Assembly: GCF_000039765.1 (NCBI RefSeq)
Contig: NC_004460.2
Location: 1,812,831-1,844,830 of the forward strand
Length of the DNA: 32,000 nt
Source of the DNA: Vibrio vulnificus CMCP6
GTDB taxonomy: Bacteria > Pseudomonadota > Gammaproteobacteria > Enterobacterales > Vibrionaceae
Direction of reading: 5' to 3'
The translations under genes and the position numbers were made by a program. Under the pieces are notes generated by a model, which made no database searches, was not told where the DNA came from, and saw only the letters and a program-made list of their open reading frames with translations. Below are positions 7,486 through 16,373 of the stretch, in pieces (the stretch's first letter is position 1; the number at the start of each line of letters is the position of its first letter).

Positions 7486-9210
7486 ATGGATGCAAAGATA
7501 ATGACAATGAATAGCCTCACCACACAAGACAAAGCGAAATCTTTACTCGGGCGCATCAGTCGTGACAACCTCGTGTTGTTTGGCTTGTTGGCCGGTTTAT
7601 CGGTATTGATGGTGCTGTTCATCTTAATGCCGCTTTGGGCAATGTTGACCAAAAGCGTACAAAACAGCGATGGTGAGTTTGTTGGGTTAGCCAACTTTGT
7701 GACGTACTTTGCCTCTTCAAGCTTGTGGGTTTCCGTCGGCAACACCTTTACTTTGGGCGTGATTGTGACCTCGGTAGTGGGTGTACTTGCGTTTGGTTAT
7801 GCCTACGCGCTGACTCGTTCATGTATGCCGTTCAAAGGTTTGTTTCAAATCCTAGGTACTGCGCCGATTCTCGCGCCTTCGTTGTTACCGGCGATCAGTT
7901 TGATCTTCCTTTTTGGTAATCAAGGCATTGCCAAAGAAATGCTGTTAGGAAACTCGGTTTACGGCGTGATTGGTATTTCGATGGGTTTGATCTTCTGGAC
8001 CTTCCCTCATGCATTGATGATTTTGACCACTTCGCTGCGCACTTCCGATGCCCGTTTGTATGAAGCCGCCCGCGCGCTGAAAACCTCACCAATCAAAACC
8101 TTCTTTATGGTGACGTTACCGGCGGCGAAATACGGTTTGATCAGTACCCTGATTGTTGTATTCACGTTGGTGATTACCGATTTTGGTGTACCTAAAGTAA
8201 TTGGTGGCAGCTACAACGTTCTGGCGACGGACATCTTCAAGCAAGTGGTGGGGCAACAAAACTTTGCTATGGGGGCGGTGACCAGCATTCTGTTGCTATT
8301 CCCTGCGGTCATGGCGTTTGGTGCAGACCGTTGGGTACAGAAAAAACAAAAGAGCTTATTCGACACGCGTTCAGTGCCTTATCAGCCAGAACCTAACAAA
8401 GCGCGCGACAGCATTTGTTTGGTTTACTGCAGCATCATTTCTATTGCAGTGTTGGCAGTACTTGGCATGGCGATGTATGGCTCGTTAGTTACTTTCTGGC
8501 CTTGGAACAAAGCGCTGACACTAAACAACTATAACTTTGCTGAAATGAGCACTTACGGTTGGAGTCCATTCTTTAACTCGCTAACGCTGGCAGGTTGGAC
8601 TGCGCTTATTGGTACAGCCATTATTTTCGTCGGTGCGTATTGCATTGAAAAAGGGCGTGCGTTTGGGCCAGTTCGTCAAGTGATGCAAATGCTCAGCGTG
8701 GTGCCAATGGCGGTTCCCGGTATGGTGCTTGGCTTGGGTTACATTTTTTATTTTAACGATGCGAACAATCCTTTGAACGTGCTTTATGGCACCATGGCAT
8801 TCTTGGTGATTAACACCGTAGTGCACTATTACACGGTCGGCCATATGACAGCATTAACGGCGCTCAAGCAACTGCCTTCAGAAATAGAAGCCACAGCGGC
8901 ATCGGTCAAGCTGCCACAGTATAAGCTCTTTTTTAAAGTGAGTTTGCCCGTGTGCTTTCCTGCGGTTTTGGATATTGCTAGCTACTTGTTTGTTAATGCA
9001 TTAACCACCACTTCTGCGGTAGTATTCCTCTATTCGACGGATACCATTCCCGCGTCAGTATCGATTCTCAATATGGACGATGCAGGCCAAACGGGCGCAG
9101 CGGCGGCAATGGCGGTGATGATCATGCTATCGGCCGCTATCGCAAAAATCGTGCAAATGATATTGGGCCAATGGTTAGACAGTCGTACTCAAGCTTGGCG
9201 GAAAAGATAA
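7486..9210 (+). CDS. phnU: 2-aminoethylphosphonate ABC transporter permease, fused two-domain (PhnU/PhnV-type)
   Basis: This 574-aa polytopic membrane protein has two tandem ABC inner-membrane permease halves. It starts 8 nt after the phnT stop, with AGGTG upstream. Confidence 0.85.
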   Translation: MDAKIMTMNSLTTQDKAKSLLGRISRDNLVLFGLLAGLSVLMVLFILMPLWAMLTKSVQNSDGEFVGLANFVTYFASSSLWVSVGNTFTLGVIVTSVVGVLAFGYAYALTRSCMPFKGLFQILGTAPILAPSLLPAISLIFLFGNQGIAKEMLLGNSVYGVIGISMGLIFWTFPHALMILTTSLRTSDARLYEAARALKTSPIKTFFMVTLPAAKYGLISTLIVVFTLVITDFGVPKVIGGSYNVLATDIFKQVVGQQNFAMGAVTSILLLFPAVMAFGADRWVQKKQKSLFDTRSVPYQPEPNKARDSICLVYCSIISIAVLAVLGMAMYGSLVTFWPWNKALTLNNYNFAEMSTYGWSPFFNSLTLAGWTALIGTAIIFVGAYCIEKGRAFGPVRQVMQMLSVVPMAVPGMVLGLGYIFYFNDANNPLNVLYGTMAFLVINTVVHYYTVGHMTALTALKQLPSEIEATAASVKLPQYKLFFKVSLPVCFPAVLDIASYLFVNALTTTSAVVFLYSTDTIPASVSILNMDDAGQTGAAAAMAVMIMLSAAIAKIVQMILGQWLDSRTQAWRKR

Positions 9211-9219
9211 GGACACTTC

Positions 9220-9924
9220 GTGCAATACGTAAAAATTAAAGATTCGATTGTTGAACAGATTGAAGCAGGCATGTTAGCGCCAAGACAAAAGTTGCCAGCA
9301 GAACGCAAATTAGCTGAGTCGTTTGATACCACACGAGTTACGCTGCGCGAGGCGTTGTCTTTATTGGAAGCGGAAGGTCGAATCTATCGCGAAGATCGCC
9401 GAGGTTGGTTTATCTCGCCTTTACCGTTGCGTTACGACCCAACTCAAACACTGAATTTTACCAATATGGCGTTAGCGCAGAATCGAGTGCCGAAAACACA
9501 ACTGCTCGGCGCAAAAGCGATTTTAGCTAACAAAGTGGCGGCTCGCTTACTTAACCTTCAGCCATTTTCTGATGTGTTCCGTGTTGATCGTGTGCGTTAT
9601 CTTGAAGACCGCCCGGTGGTGTACGTAACAAATTACGTTCGCCCTGAGTTGTTTCCCAATCTGTTAGACCACGATTTATCGAACTCACTGACGGATATCT
9701 ATCGTGAGCACTTTGGGGTCAGCTATCAAAAAACGCGCTACCGCATTTCTACCAGTACCTTGCTCGGAGAGATGGCTCAGGCGCTACGCGCAACTTCTGG
9801 GACGCCAGCAATGGTGGTGGAGCGCATTAACTACAATCAGCATGGCGAGCTCATTGACTGCGATATTGAATATTGGCGTCATGATGCCATTTGTATCGAG
9901 TCTCTCGCAGAATTGGCAAGATGA
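9220..9924 (+). CDS. phnR: GntR-family (HutC subfamily) transcriptional regulator of the AEP locus
   Basis: The protein has an N-terminal winged helix (LPAERKLAESFDTTRVTLREALSLLEAEGRI) and a C-terminal UTRA-like effector domain. It uses a GTG start with AAGGA 6 nt upstream and is translationally adjacent to the permease gene. Confidence 0.85.
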   Translation: MQYVKIKDSIVEQIEAGMLAPRQKLPAERKLAESFDTTRVTLREALSLLEAEGRIYREDRRGWFISPLPLRYDPTQTLNFTNMALAQNRVPKTQLLGAKAILANKVAARLLNLQPFSDVFRVDRVRYLEDRPVVYVTNYVRPELFPNLLDHDLSNSLTDIYREHFGVSYQKTRYRISTSTLLGEMAQALRATSGTPAMVVERINYNQHGELIDCDIEYWRHDAICIESLAELAR

Positions 9925-10006
9925 TCACATGGTGAAATAAGCCAATTGAAGTCTGTTTCATATCCGAGTATTTTCCTAATCGATAAGCATTCTTCTATGC
10001 AGTGTT

Positions 10007-10029
10007 AAGGCTCCATCTGGAGCCTTTTC
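10007..10029 (+). terminator. Rho-independent terminator after phnR
   Basis: AAGGCTCCA-tc-TGGAGCCTT is followed by TTTCT. It ends only about 15 nt before the next ATG at 10044. Confidence 0.65.
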
Positions 10030-10043
10030 TATAAGGAACGCAG

Positions 10044-10946
10044 ATGAATTCATTGGCGATAGTGTTAGTCATCATTTCAGCCGTTTTTCATGCAGGTTGG
10101 AATATCCTTGGTAAGAGCCATTCTGGTTCAGGCCCTACCTTTACTATGGTGGCCAGCCTTGCTGCCTCCCTATTGCTCACGCCTTATCTGATTTGGTACC
10201 TAAGCCAAGTTGGTTGGTCAGCGTTACCCGCAACGTTCTGGTGGCTGCTGATCATTAGCGGTATTTCACAAATGATCTATCTGGTTGGCCTCATCATTGC
10301 GTACAAACACGCTGACGTTGGTGTGGTGTATCCCATCGCGCGTTCACTGCCAGTCATGATGGTGGGTGGAGTAAGTCTAGTGTTGGGATACGAGCTTACC
10401 GTCCAACAATGGTTCGGTTTTATGCTGATCACTTTAGGTTGCATGTTGGTGCCATTGACTCATTTTAACCAGATGAGACCAGCCTCTTACCTGAATGTTG
10501 GGGTTGCTTGGGCGCTGGTGGCAGCGTTGGGTACCGCAGGGTACTCGGTGATCGACAAAGAAGCGTTGGCGTTGGTCACGCAAACCGCGCACTCCTTTTT
10601 GGCGGATCAATACAGTGCTATTTTTTATCTTGGTATTCAGTTCTGGGCAATGGGGCTGCCGATGTTGCTTTGGTGCTTGAAGTTCTCCAAGCGCACCGAA
10701 TTTGAATATGCCTGGAACATCCGCCTAAGCGCAAGTTTGGCAGGGGTAATGATGGCATCGACTTACGGTTTGGTGCTGTTTGCGATGACCATGACTGATA
10801 ACGTCAGTTTGGTGGTCGCTTTGCGCCAAGTCAGCATCGTGTTTGGTTTGCTGATGGGTATTCAATTTTTGGGTGAGAAGTGGTACCTCACTCGTGGGGT
10901 TGGCGTCGCTTCAATCGTGGCTGGATTAGTGTTAACGCTTACCTAA
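10044..10946 (+). CDS. DMT-superfamily (EamA-like) permease
   Basis: The 300-aa protein has about 10 hydrophobic helices in two similar halves. AAGGAA lies 6 nt upstream of the ATG. Confidence 0.75.
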   Translation: MNSLAIVLVIISAVFHAGWNILGKSHSGSGPTFTMVASLAASLLLTPYLIWYLSQVGWSALPATFWWLLIISGISQMIYLVGLIIAYKHADVGVVYPIARSLPVMMVGGVSLVLGYELTVQQWFGFMLITLGCMLVPLTHFNQMRPASYLNVGVAWALVAALGTAGYSVIDKEALALVTQTAHSFLADQYSAIFYLGIQFWAMGLPMLLWCLKFSKRTEFEYAWNIRLSASLAGVMMASTYGLVLFAMTMTDNVSLVVALRQVSIVFGLLMGIQFLGEKWYLTRGVGVASIVAGLVLTLT

Positions 10947-11026
10947 ACACTCTTGGTTTAAGTGCTGAGTCAATTCGAGTTTTTCAGTCATCGTTATCAT
11001 TTCTTACGCTGTACAACAGTTTTTCT

Positions 11027-11052
11027 CGCTCGTGCCTTTGGCGAGCGTTTTG
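11027..11052 (+). terminator. Probable terminator hairpin after the DMT gene
   Basis: CGCTCG-tgcctttgg-CGAGCG is followed by TTTTGT. Confidence 0.45.
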
Positions 11053-11088
11053 TAATTTATCGTTATGATTATTGCAAAGGAAAACCCC

Positions 11089-12537
11089 ATGCGAAATGTT
11101 AATGCCACTAAACAATCGGGCTCACCGTCGAACCATTCACACCCTTCTTTCTGGTTTAAACAAGCGATCGAACAGGAGCAACCCCCATCAGCAAAACCAC
11201 TGCAGGGGCAACTTGAGACGGATGTTTTGATTGTCGGTGGTGGCTACACGGGTTTGTGGACGGCCATCATGCTCAAAGAGCAGGCACCAGAAAAACGGAT
11301 TACCGTCATTGAAAAGGGGCTATGTGGCAGCGGAGCCTCGGGTGCAAATGGTGGCTGTATGCTGACATGGTCAACCAAGTATCCGACGCTCAAGCGATTG
11401 TTTGGTGAAGACCACGCCAAGTGGTTGGTTGAGCAATCGGAAAAAGCCGTCTTAGACATTGAGGCATTTTGCCAACAACACCAAATTGACGCACAACTTT
11501 CGTCAAAAGGCGTTTATTACACCGCGACCAACTCGGCGCAGAAAGGCGCATTACAGCCTGTCGTCGCGGAGCTAGAGCGTTTGAATATCAACAGTTGGCG
11601 TCATTGTGAACAACACGAACTCGCCACCCATAGCGGCTCGCCTCGCAATGTTGATGGCCACTACTCGGCGATCGCGGCCACTGTTCAACCTGCAATGTTA
11701 GCAAGAGGGCTGCGAAAAGTGGCCATAGAGATGGGCGTGCAGATCTATGAGCACACACCAATGACGGCGTTAGCATATGGAGAACCAGCGAAAGTCACTA
11801 CGCCTCAAGGGGAAATTTATGCACAGCAAGTGGTTCTTGCGCTGAATGCTTGGATGGTGGAACAGTTTCCGCAATTTAAGCGCAGCATTGTGGTGGTCTC
11901 GTCAGATATGGTGATTACCCAATCGCTTGCACCTGAAGCTTTAGTTGATGCAGGTTGGAAGGCAGGAAGCAGCGTGTTGGACTCACGAATTTTTGTGCAT
12001 TATTACCGCGATACGGTTGATGGCCGCTTAATGCTCGGAAAAGGGGGTAATCATTTTTCCTATAACAATGCGGTAGAGCCGATGTTCCAGCGCGCTACAC
12101 GCTACCAAGATTTGCTACGTCGTTCCTTCGACAAGCTCTTTCCAAGCTTAAAAGGCGAAGAATTTGCTTACAGTTGGACAGGTGGTTCGGATCGCTCTGC
12201 TACGGGTTTCCCTTTTTTCGACCGCTTAGCAGGGCAAACTAATGTCTTCTACGGTTTTGGCTATTCAGGCAATGGTGTTGCTCAAACGCGAATGGGTGGC
12301 AAGATTCTCTCCTCTTTGGTGTTGGGAATAGACAACGAATGGAGCCAGTGCGGCTTGGCGAAAGGTCCGTTAGGGCAATTCCCTCCAGAGCCGTTTCGTT
12401 GGTTGGGTGCCATGATGGTGCGCAATGCAGTGAGAAGAAAAGAAGAGGCGGAAGACAACGAACAAACACCTTGGCTCTGGGATAAATGGCTGGCAAAGCT
12501 GGCAGGCCCTGCTGGCAAGGCGGACAAGCTTGAATAA
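11089..12537 (+). CDS. FAD-dependent oxidoreductase, DAO (D-amino-acid/amine oxidase-like) family
   Basis: A dinucleotide-binding motif DVLIVGGGYTGLWTA lies near the N-terminus, and CGSGASGANGG follows. I chose ATG 11089 as the start (AAAGGA 7 nt upstream) rather than 11065. Confidence 0.85.
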   Translation: MRNVNATKQSGSPSNHSHPSFWFKQAIEQEQPPSAKPLQGQLETDVLIVGGGYTGLWTAIMLKEQAPEKRITVIEKGLCGSGASGANGGCMLTWSTKYPTLKRLFGEDHAKWLVEQSEKAVLDIEAFCQQHQIDAQLSSKGVYYTATNSAQKGALQPVVAELERLNINSWRHCEQHELATHSGSPRNVDGHYSAIAATVQPAMLARGLRKVAIEMGVQIYEHTPMTALAYGEPAKVTTPQGEIYAQQVVLALNAWMVEQFPQFKRSIVVVSSDMVITQSLAPEALVDAGWKAGSSVLDSRIFVHYYRDTVDGRLMLGKGGNHFSYNNAVEPMFQRATRYQDLLRRSFDKLFPSLKGEEFAYSWTGGSDRSATGFPFFDRLAGQTNVFYGFGYSGNGVAQTRMGGKILSSLVLGIDNEWSQCGLAKGPLGQFPPEPFRWLGAMMVRNAVRRKEEAEDNEQTPWLWDKWLAKLAGPAGKADKLE

Positions 12538-12569
12538 TATTACTGTCACTAACTGACGATAGGCTGCTC

Positions 12570-12582
12570 TTTACATTGTAAA
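12570..12582. promoter_or_regulatory. T-N11-A dyad TTTACAtTGTAAA; candidate LysR-type box
   Basis: This is a perfect 13-nt palindrome 71-83 nt upstream of the LysR-family gene start. Confidence 0.3.
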
Positions 12583-12652
12583 TTGGAAAACAAACATGCG
12601 GTTGTCTTCTTATTGGGGCGCGTGTTTGGTTTCGCTCAAGTGAGAGTACTGA

Positions 12653-13531
12653 ATGCAAAGCCTACCACCACTGAATGCGCTGAAAGCGTTTGAAGCCGCT
12701 GCGAGATTGCAGAGTTTTACCAAGGCGGCGGAGGAGTTAAACGTCACCCGTGCTGCCGTGAGTCAGCAAGTGAAAGCACTTGAATCTCAATTAGAGGCGA
12801 TTTTGTTTGAGCGGCACGGCGCGCAGTTGCTACTCACTGAGGCGGCGAGAGATTATTTGCCTGTGGTTTCCAATCTTTTTCAGCAATTGGCGGTGACCAC
12901 GGAGCAATTGTTCAATCGTAGGCAAAATGGGCAATTGGTTTTACACGTGGCGCACAGCTTCTGTTTGCAATGGCTGTTACCACGTTTGGGCGATTTTAGA
13001 CGTCGCTATCCACAATGGCCACTAAAAATTTCCACAACATCAAATACTTTACCTGATAACAGCGCCACGGCAGATGTCGAGATCATCAATGGCTATGGTG
13101 ACTGGCAATACCATCAAGTGACGAAACTAACAGAGGAAAACTGGATATTGGTCGCGAGCCCCGGCTTTCTGCAACTCAATCCGATAGCCACGTTAGATGA
13201 TCTCAAAAATGTGCCTCGCTTGGCGACCAGTGGGTATGTGGAAACTTGGCCACGCTGGTTTGACTATCATGAAGTCTCCGTCGCCTGCGGCAAAATGGCC
13301 TTAGAGTTTGACCATTCGACACTCTCCATCGAAGCGGCAGTGCATCAACTGGGTGTGCTGTTGGTACGGGATTTATTGGTGGATGACCACTTACGCCAAG
13401 GCAGCTTGGTTCAAGTGGGAGAGTGGTCGATGCCCAGTGCTGGCGCACATCATTTGATTGTACGAAACCCAGACAAACCTCAAGTGGATGCATTTGTTCA
13501 CTGGCTTACAGATTGTTGCAAAAATCGCTGA
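12653..13531 (+). CDS. LysR-family transcriptional regulator (GcvA-like)
   Basis: The N-terminal helix-turn-helix reads LNALKAFEAAARLQSFTKAAEELNVTRAAVSQQVKALE. The 292-aa protein has a typical LysR substrate-binding C-terminus. Confidence 0.9.
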   Translation: MQSLPPLNALKAFEAAARLQSFTKAAEELNVTRAAVSQQVKALESQLEAILFERHGAQLLLTEAARDYLPVVSNLFQQLAVTTEQLFNRRQNGQLVLHVAHSFCLQWLLPRLGDFRRRYPQWPLKISTTSNTLPDNSATADVEIINGYGDWQYHQVTKLTEENWILVASPGFLQLNPIATLDDLKNVPRLATSGYVETWPRWFDYHEVSVACGKMALEFDHSTLSIEAAVHQLGVLLVRDLLVDDHLRQGSLVQVGEWSMPSAGAHHLIVRNPDKPQVDAFVHWLTDCCKNR

Positions 13532-13645
13532 GAGGCGGCAGACAAATTACGCGTTTGCTCTTTTCGAATCAAAGGCATTCGTTGTTACTATCTCACCGAT
13601 ATTTTTCCGCTGTATGTTGTGCGGAACAAAAGTGGGAGGAGTGAA

Positions 13646-14431
13646 ATGGAAGTACTCAATGGTGGCCGAGAAGGGGTCATTTTGCGACAAGGAAATCATG
13701 TAACTCGTCCGGCGAGCGCATCAACCGTGACAGTCCATCAACTGCTGCGGCATTTGCATCAGCATGGGTTTCATGCTTGCCCAGAGCCGTTGGATCTTGA
13801 GCAAGATCGTGAAACCGTCAGCTTTGTGCTGGGGGACTGCTATAACTATCCGTTAAGCGGCAAAATCACATCAATCAATGCTCTCAAATCAGCGGCTCGC
13901 CTACTGCGAAACCTGCATGACGCATCACAATCTTTTCTCAGTTTACATTCGCATGAGAACCTACACTGGATGCTGCCAGCAAGGCAGCCTGCAGAAGTGA
14001 TCTGCCATGGTGACTTTATGCCTTACAACGTTGTGCTTGATGAAGAGGTGGTGGTCGGCGTGTTTGATTTTGATACTGCGCACCCAGCGCCAAGAATTTG
14101 GGACATTGCCTTTGCGGTTTATGGCTGGGCACCGTTTAAAACGGATGAAACAGATAAGCTTGGCAGTCTAGAAGAGCAAATTAGCCGCGCACGGATATTT
14201 TGTGATGCCTATGAATGCAGTCGTTTACAGCGAGAAGAACTGGTCGAAACCATGACGTTAAGGCTGACCGCACTGGTGGATTACATGCGAACCCAAGCCA
14301 GTGAAGGGAATGAGCAGTTCGTAGAAAATATCGCGCAAGGCCATCACTTGGCCTATCTGAATGACATCGATTATCTCAATAAATATCGCCATGCGATCAC
14401 CCAAGGTGTGCTGCAAGGCCTCGCGAGATAA
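13646..14431 (+). CDS. Aminoglycoside-phosphotransferase (APH)/choline-kinase-like small-molecule kinase
   Basis: The catalytic loop is ICHGDFMPYNV (HxDxxxxN) and the metal-binding motif is GVFDFDTA. I placed the start at ATG 13646, which follows a strong GGGAGGAG Shine-Dalgarno sequence, rather than at 13619. Confidence 0.8.
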   Translation: MEVLNGGREGVILRQGNHVTRPASASTVTVHQLLRHLHQHGFHACPEPLDLEQDRETVSFVLGDCYNYPLSGKITSINALKSAARLLRNLHDASQSFLSLHSHENLHWMLPARQPAEVICHGDFMPYNVVLDEEVVVGVFDFDTAHPAPRIWDIAFAVYGWAPFKTDETDKLGSLEEQISRARIFCDAYECSRLQREELVETMTLRLTALVDYMRTQASEGNEQFVENIAQGHHLAYLNDIDYLNKYRHAITQGVLQGLAR

Positions 14432-14475
14432 ACGACTCAAACACAAAGAACGGACTAAGGCATCGTACGATCAAA

Positions 14476-14496
14476 AAGCCCGCAAAATGCGGGCTT
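14476..14496. terminator. Bidirectional terminator between convergent genes
   Basis: AAGCCCGC-aaaat-GCGGGCTT is flanked by an A-run on one side and a T-containing stretch on the other. Confidence 0.75.
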
Positions 14497-14520
14497 GATT
14501 CGTTTAGAATGCGTCAGTGA

Positions 14521-16005
14521 TTAACCTTGCACTTCAGCTTCTGCCAGCACTTCAGGCTGTTCGCTCTCTTTTGCTGCATCAAGCATCTTACGAATAATCC
14601 AAGAAGCAGCCAGCGCTACACCCACCATGACGACCGCTAGTACGGTGAGCAATTGGAAGTAATCACCGTAGACCGTTTGCACGATCTCTTGCGTGATGGC
14701 TTGACCTTTCTCTAGGGCGATAGAAGTAGAGAATACCGCGCCAACGATGCCACTGAGCGCAAGCGCCACAGAGAACAAGCTGACAGAGAAGTTCTCAATG
14801 TGTTTTGGTGCAACCGATAGGATAAACGCCACCACCATGGAGCCCACGATAACTTCAGCAATCGCTTGGAAGAAGTGAATCGCGAGGAAAATCTCCGGTA
14901 GGATGATCACATCTTCACTGATATTGATGACGGCGAAGGTCAGGATACCAAAGGCTATGGCGGTTAAAACAAACGCCAAAGCAATCTTTGTTGCTGTTGA
15001 GAGGAAGATGTCTCGCTTCTCTAGCATTGCAAAGAAACCTGCCACGATAGGGCCACCCACCATACACCACAATGGGTTCATCGCCATGGCCGCTTCTGGC
15101 TCAAGTGGAATGAAACCAAAGAGGTCGCCTTTTAGCGTATTGATCGCCACCATGTTCATCGATGTCATCATCTGACCGTAGTAGACGAAGAAACATGTGG
15201 TCAGGAATGTCACGATTAAGATGGTGCCCATCTTCAACGACTCTGACTTGCTCACTTTAAACATCAAAGAGATAAAGTAGAGGATGGCTGCGCCGCCAAT
15301 GGCGTAAACGATGTTTTGGCCAATCGCCATGTTTGAGAACATGAAGAACACCAACGCAATCATGGCTGCAGAAATCACAGCAAAGAAGATCCAGTTTTTT
15401 ACACTCACGGACTGTCTATCCAGATCCGTTGCGACACCCACCAAGCCTTTGCGGAAAATAATCAAAGTGACCAGTGCCGCCGCTGCCATCACGGCTGAAA
15501 TGACGAAGCCGCCGTTAAAGCCAATGACCAACACCAGCATTGGGAAGAGGTATTGACCTAAGAATGCCCCAACGTTGTTAACGGAATAGTTGATAGGGTA
15601 GCCCTTTTCAAAATCTTCTTGAGAGTTGAAAGTGCGCTTGTACAGGCTTGGGTAGGATGGAGACATCAAGCCACGGCCATAGCTGGCCAAAGCGATACCG
15701 CACATTGAAAGGGGAACGTTACTGGCGGATGCGCCCAGCACCAACAGAACATAGCCAGAAGAGAACGCAAGGAATGCGATAGACAATGAGCGATATGCGC
15801 CTAAAAATTTATCAGCGATAAAGCCACCCGCAATCGCAAACAGTGGACCGATGGCGGAGAATGCGCCGACGATCATCATTGTATCTGCTTCGTTGTAATT
15901 CAGATCCTCTAAGAAAAAGCGCGTTAAGCTAACGAGCACGCCGTAAAATGACAAGCCAAACATCATTTGGCAGAACATCATGGATTTGTTTAGTTTATTC
16001 CACAT
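14521..16005 (-). CDS. MFS transporter of the POT/PTR2 (peptide transporter) type, with a degenerate proton-coupling motif
   Basis: The 494-aa protein has about 14 transmembrane helices. It has POT-like regions GGFIADKFLGAYRSL and SPSYPSLYKRT...YPINYSVNNVGAF. The canonical ExxERFxYYG motif is replaced by QMMFGLSFYG. Confidence 0.7.
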   Translation of the reverse strand: MWNKLNKSMMFCQMMFGLSFYGVLVSLTRFFLEDLNYNEADTMMIVGAFSAIGPLFAIAGGFIADKFLGAYRSLSIAFLAFSSGYVLLVLGASASNVPLSMCGIALASYGRGLMSPSYPSLYKRTFNSQEDFEKGYPINYSVNNVGAFLGQYLFPMLVLVIGFNGGFVISAVMAAAALVTLIIFRKGLVGVATDLDRQSVSVKNWIFFAVISAAMIALVFFMFSNMAIGQNIVYAIGGAAILYFISLMFKVSKSESLKMGTILIVTFLTTCFFVYYGQMMTSMNMVAINTLKGDLFGFIPLEPEAAMAMNPLWCMVGGPIVAGFFAMLEKRDIFLSTATKIALAFVLTAIAFGILTFAVINISEDVIILPEIFLAIHFFQAIAEVIVGSMVVAFILSVAPKHIENFSVSLFSVALALSGIVGAVFSTSIALEKGQAITQEIVQTVYGDYFQLLTVLAVVMVGVALAASWIIRKMLDAAKESEQPEVLAEAEVQG

Positions 16006-16215
16006 AATTTATTGCTCACTGTTGGATTATTTGCAGTGGTTATGACTGGATTTATTGTAGATTAATGGTGTGTAATATTTTGAAACAATTGTCGCACAAA
16101 GTAAAAGTTTTGCACTACATTTTCTAATGACAAACGATTGCTTAACTAATGGGTTGTTCTAAATCAAATGTATTGATTGGGATAATATTCGTCAGATGAA
16201 ACTAACGGTAGTTTT

Positions 16216-16231
16216 TTGTGAAATTTCACAA
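16216..16231. promoter_or_regulatory. Perfect 16-bp palindrome TTGTGAAATTTCACAA; candidate operator upstream of the POT-like gene
   Basis: The sequence is identical to its reverse complement. It lies 211 nt upstream of the transporter start and downstream of the sdaA terminator. Confidence 0.3.
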
Positions 16232-16314
16232 ATGTATTGGTATTGGTAAGCAAAAGCGCGCAGAAAAAGGGAAGAAGAGAGGGGGCACTGAGTTTGTGCG
16301 TAAGCCATACAAAG

Positions 16315-16337
16315 AAAGGGCAGCAGCGCTACCCTTT
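16315..16337 (-). terminator. Rho-independent terminator of sdaA
   Basis: On the minus strand, AAAGGGTAGC-gctg-CTGCCCTTT (one mismatch) is followed by CTTTGT. It starts 37 nt after the sdaA stop. Confidence 0.6.
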
Positions 16338-16373
16338 GTGATGTTTATTTAGTCAATTTGATGAAGTGACGGG

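Noticed and set aside
16216-16231. Calling TTGTGAAATTTCACAA a canonical CRP site
   Set aside because: The CRP consensus is TGTGA-N6-TCACA, whereas here the half-sites are separated by only 4 nt. I kept it as a generic candidate operator instead.
16262-16285. 24-nt all-purine run (AGAAAAAGGGAAGAAGAGAGGGGG) as a possible H-DNA or regulatory element
   Set aside because: It is a single short tract with no mirror repeat, so triplex formation is not supported. I mention it only as context for the nearby palindrome.
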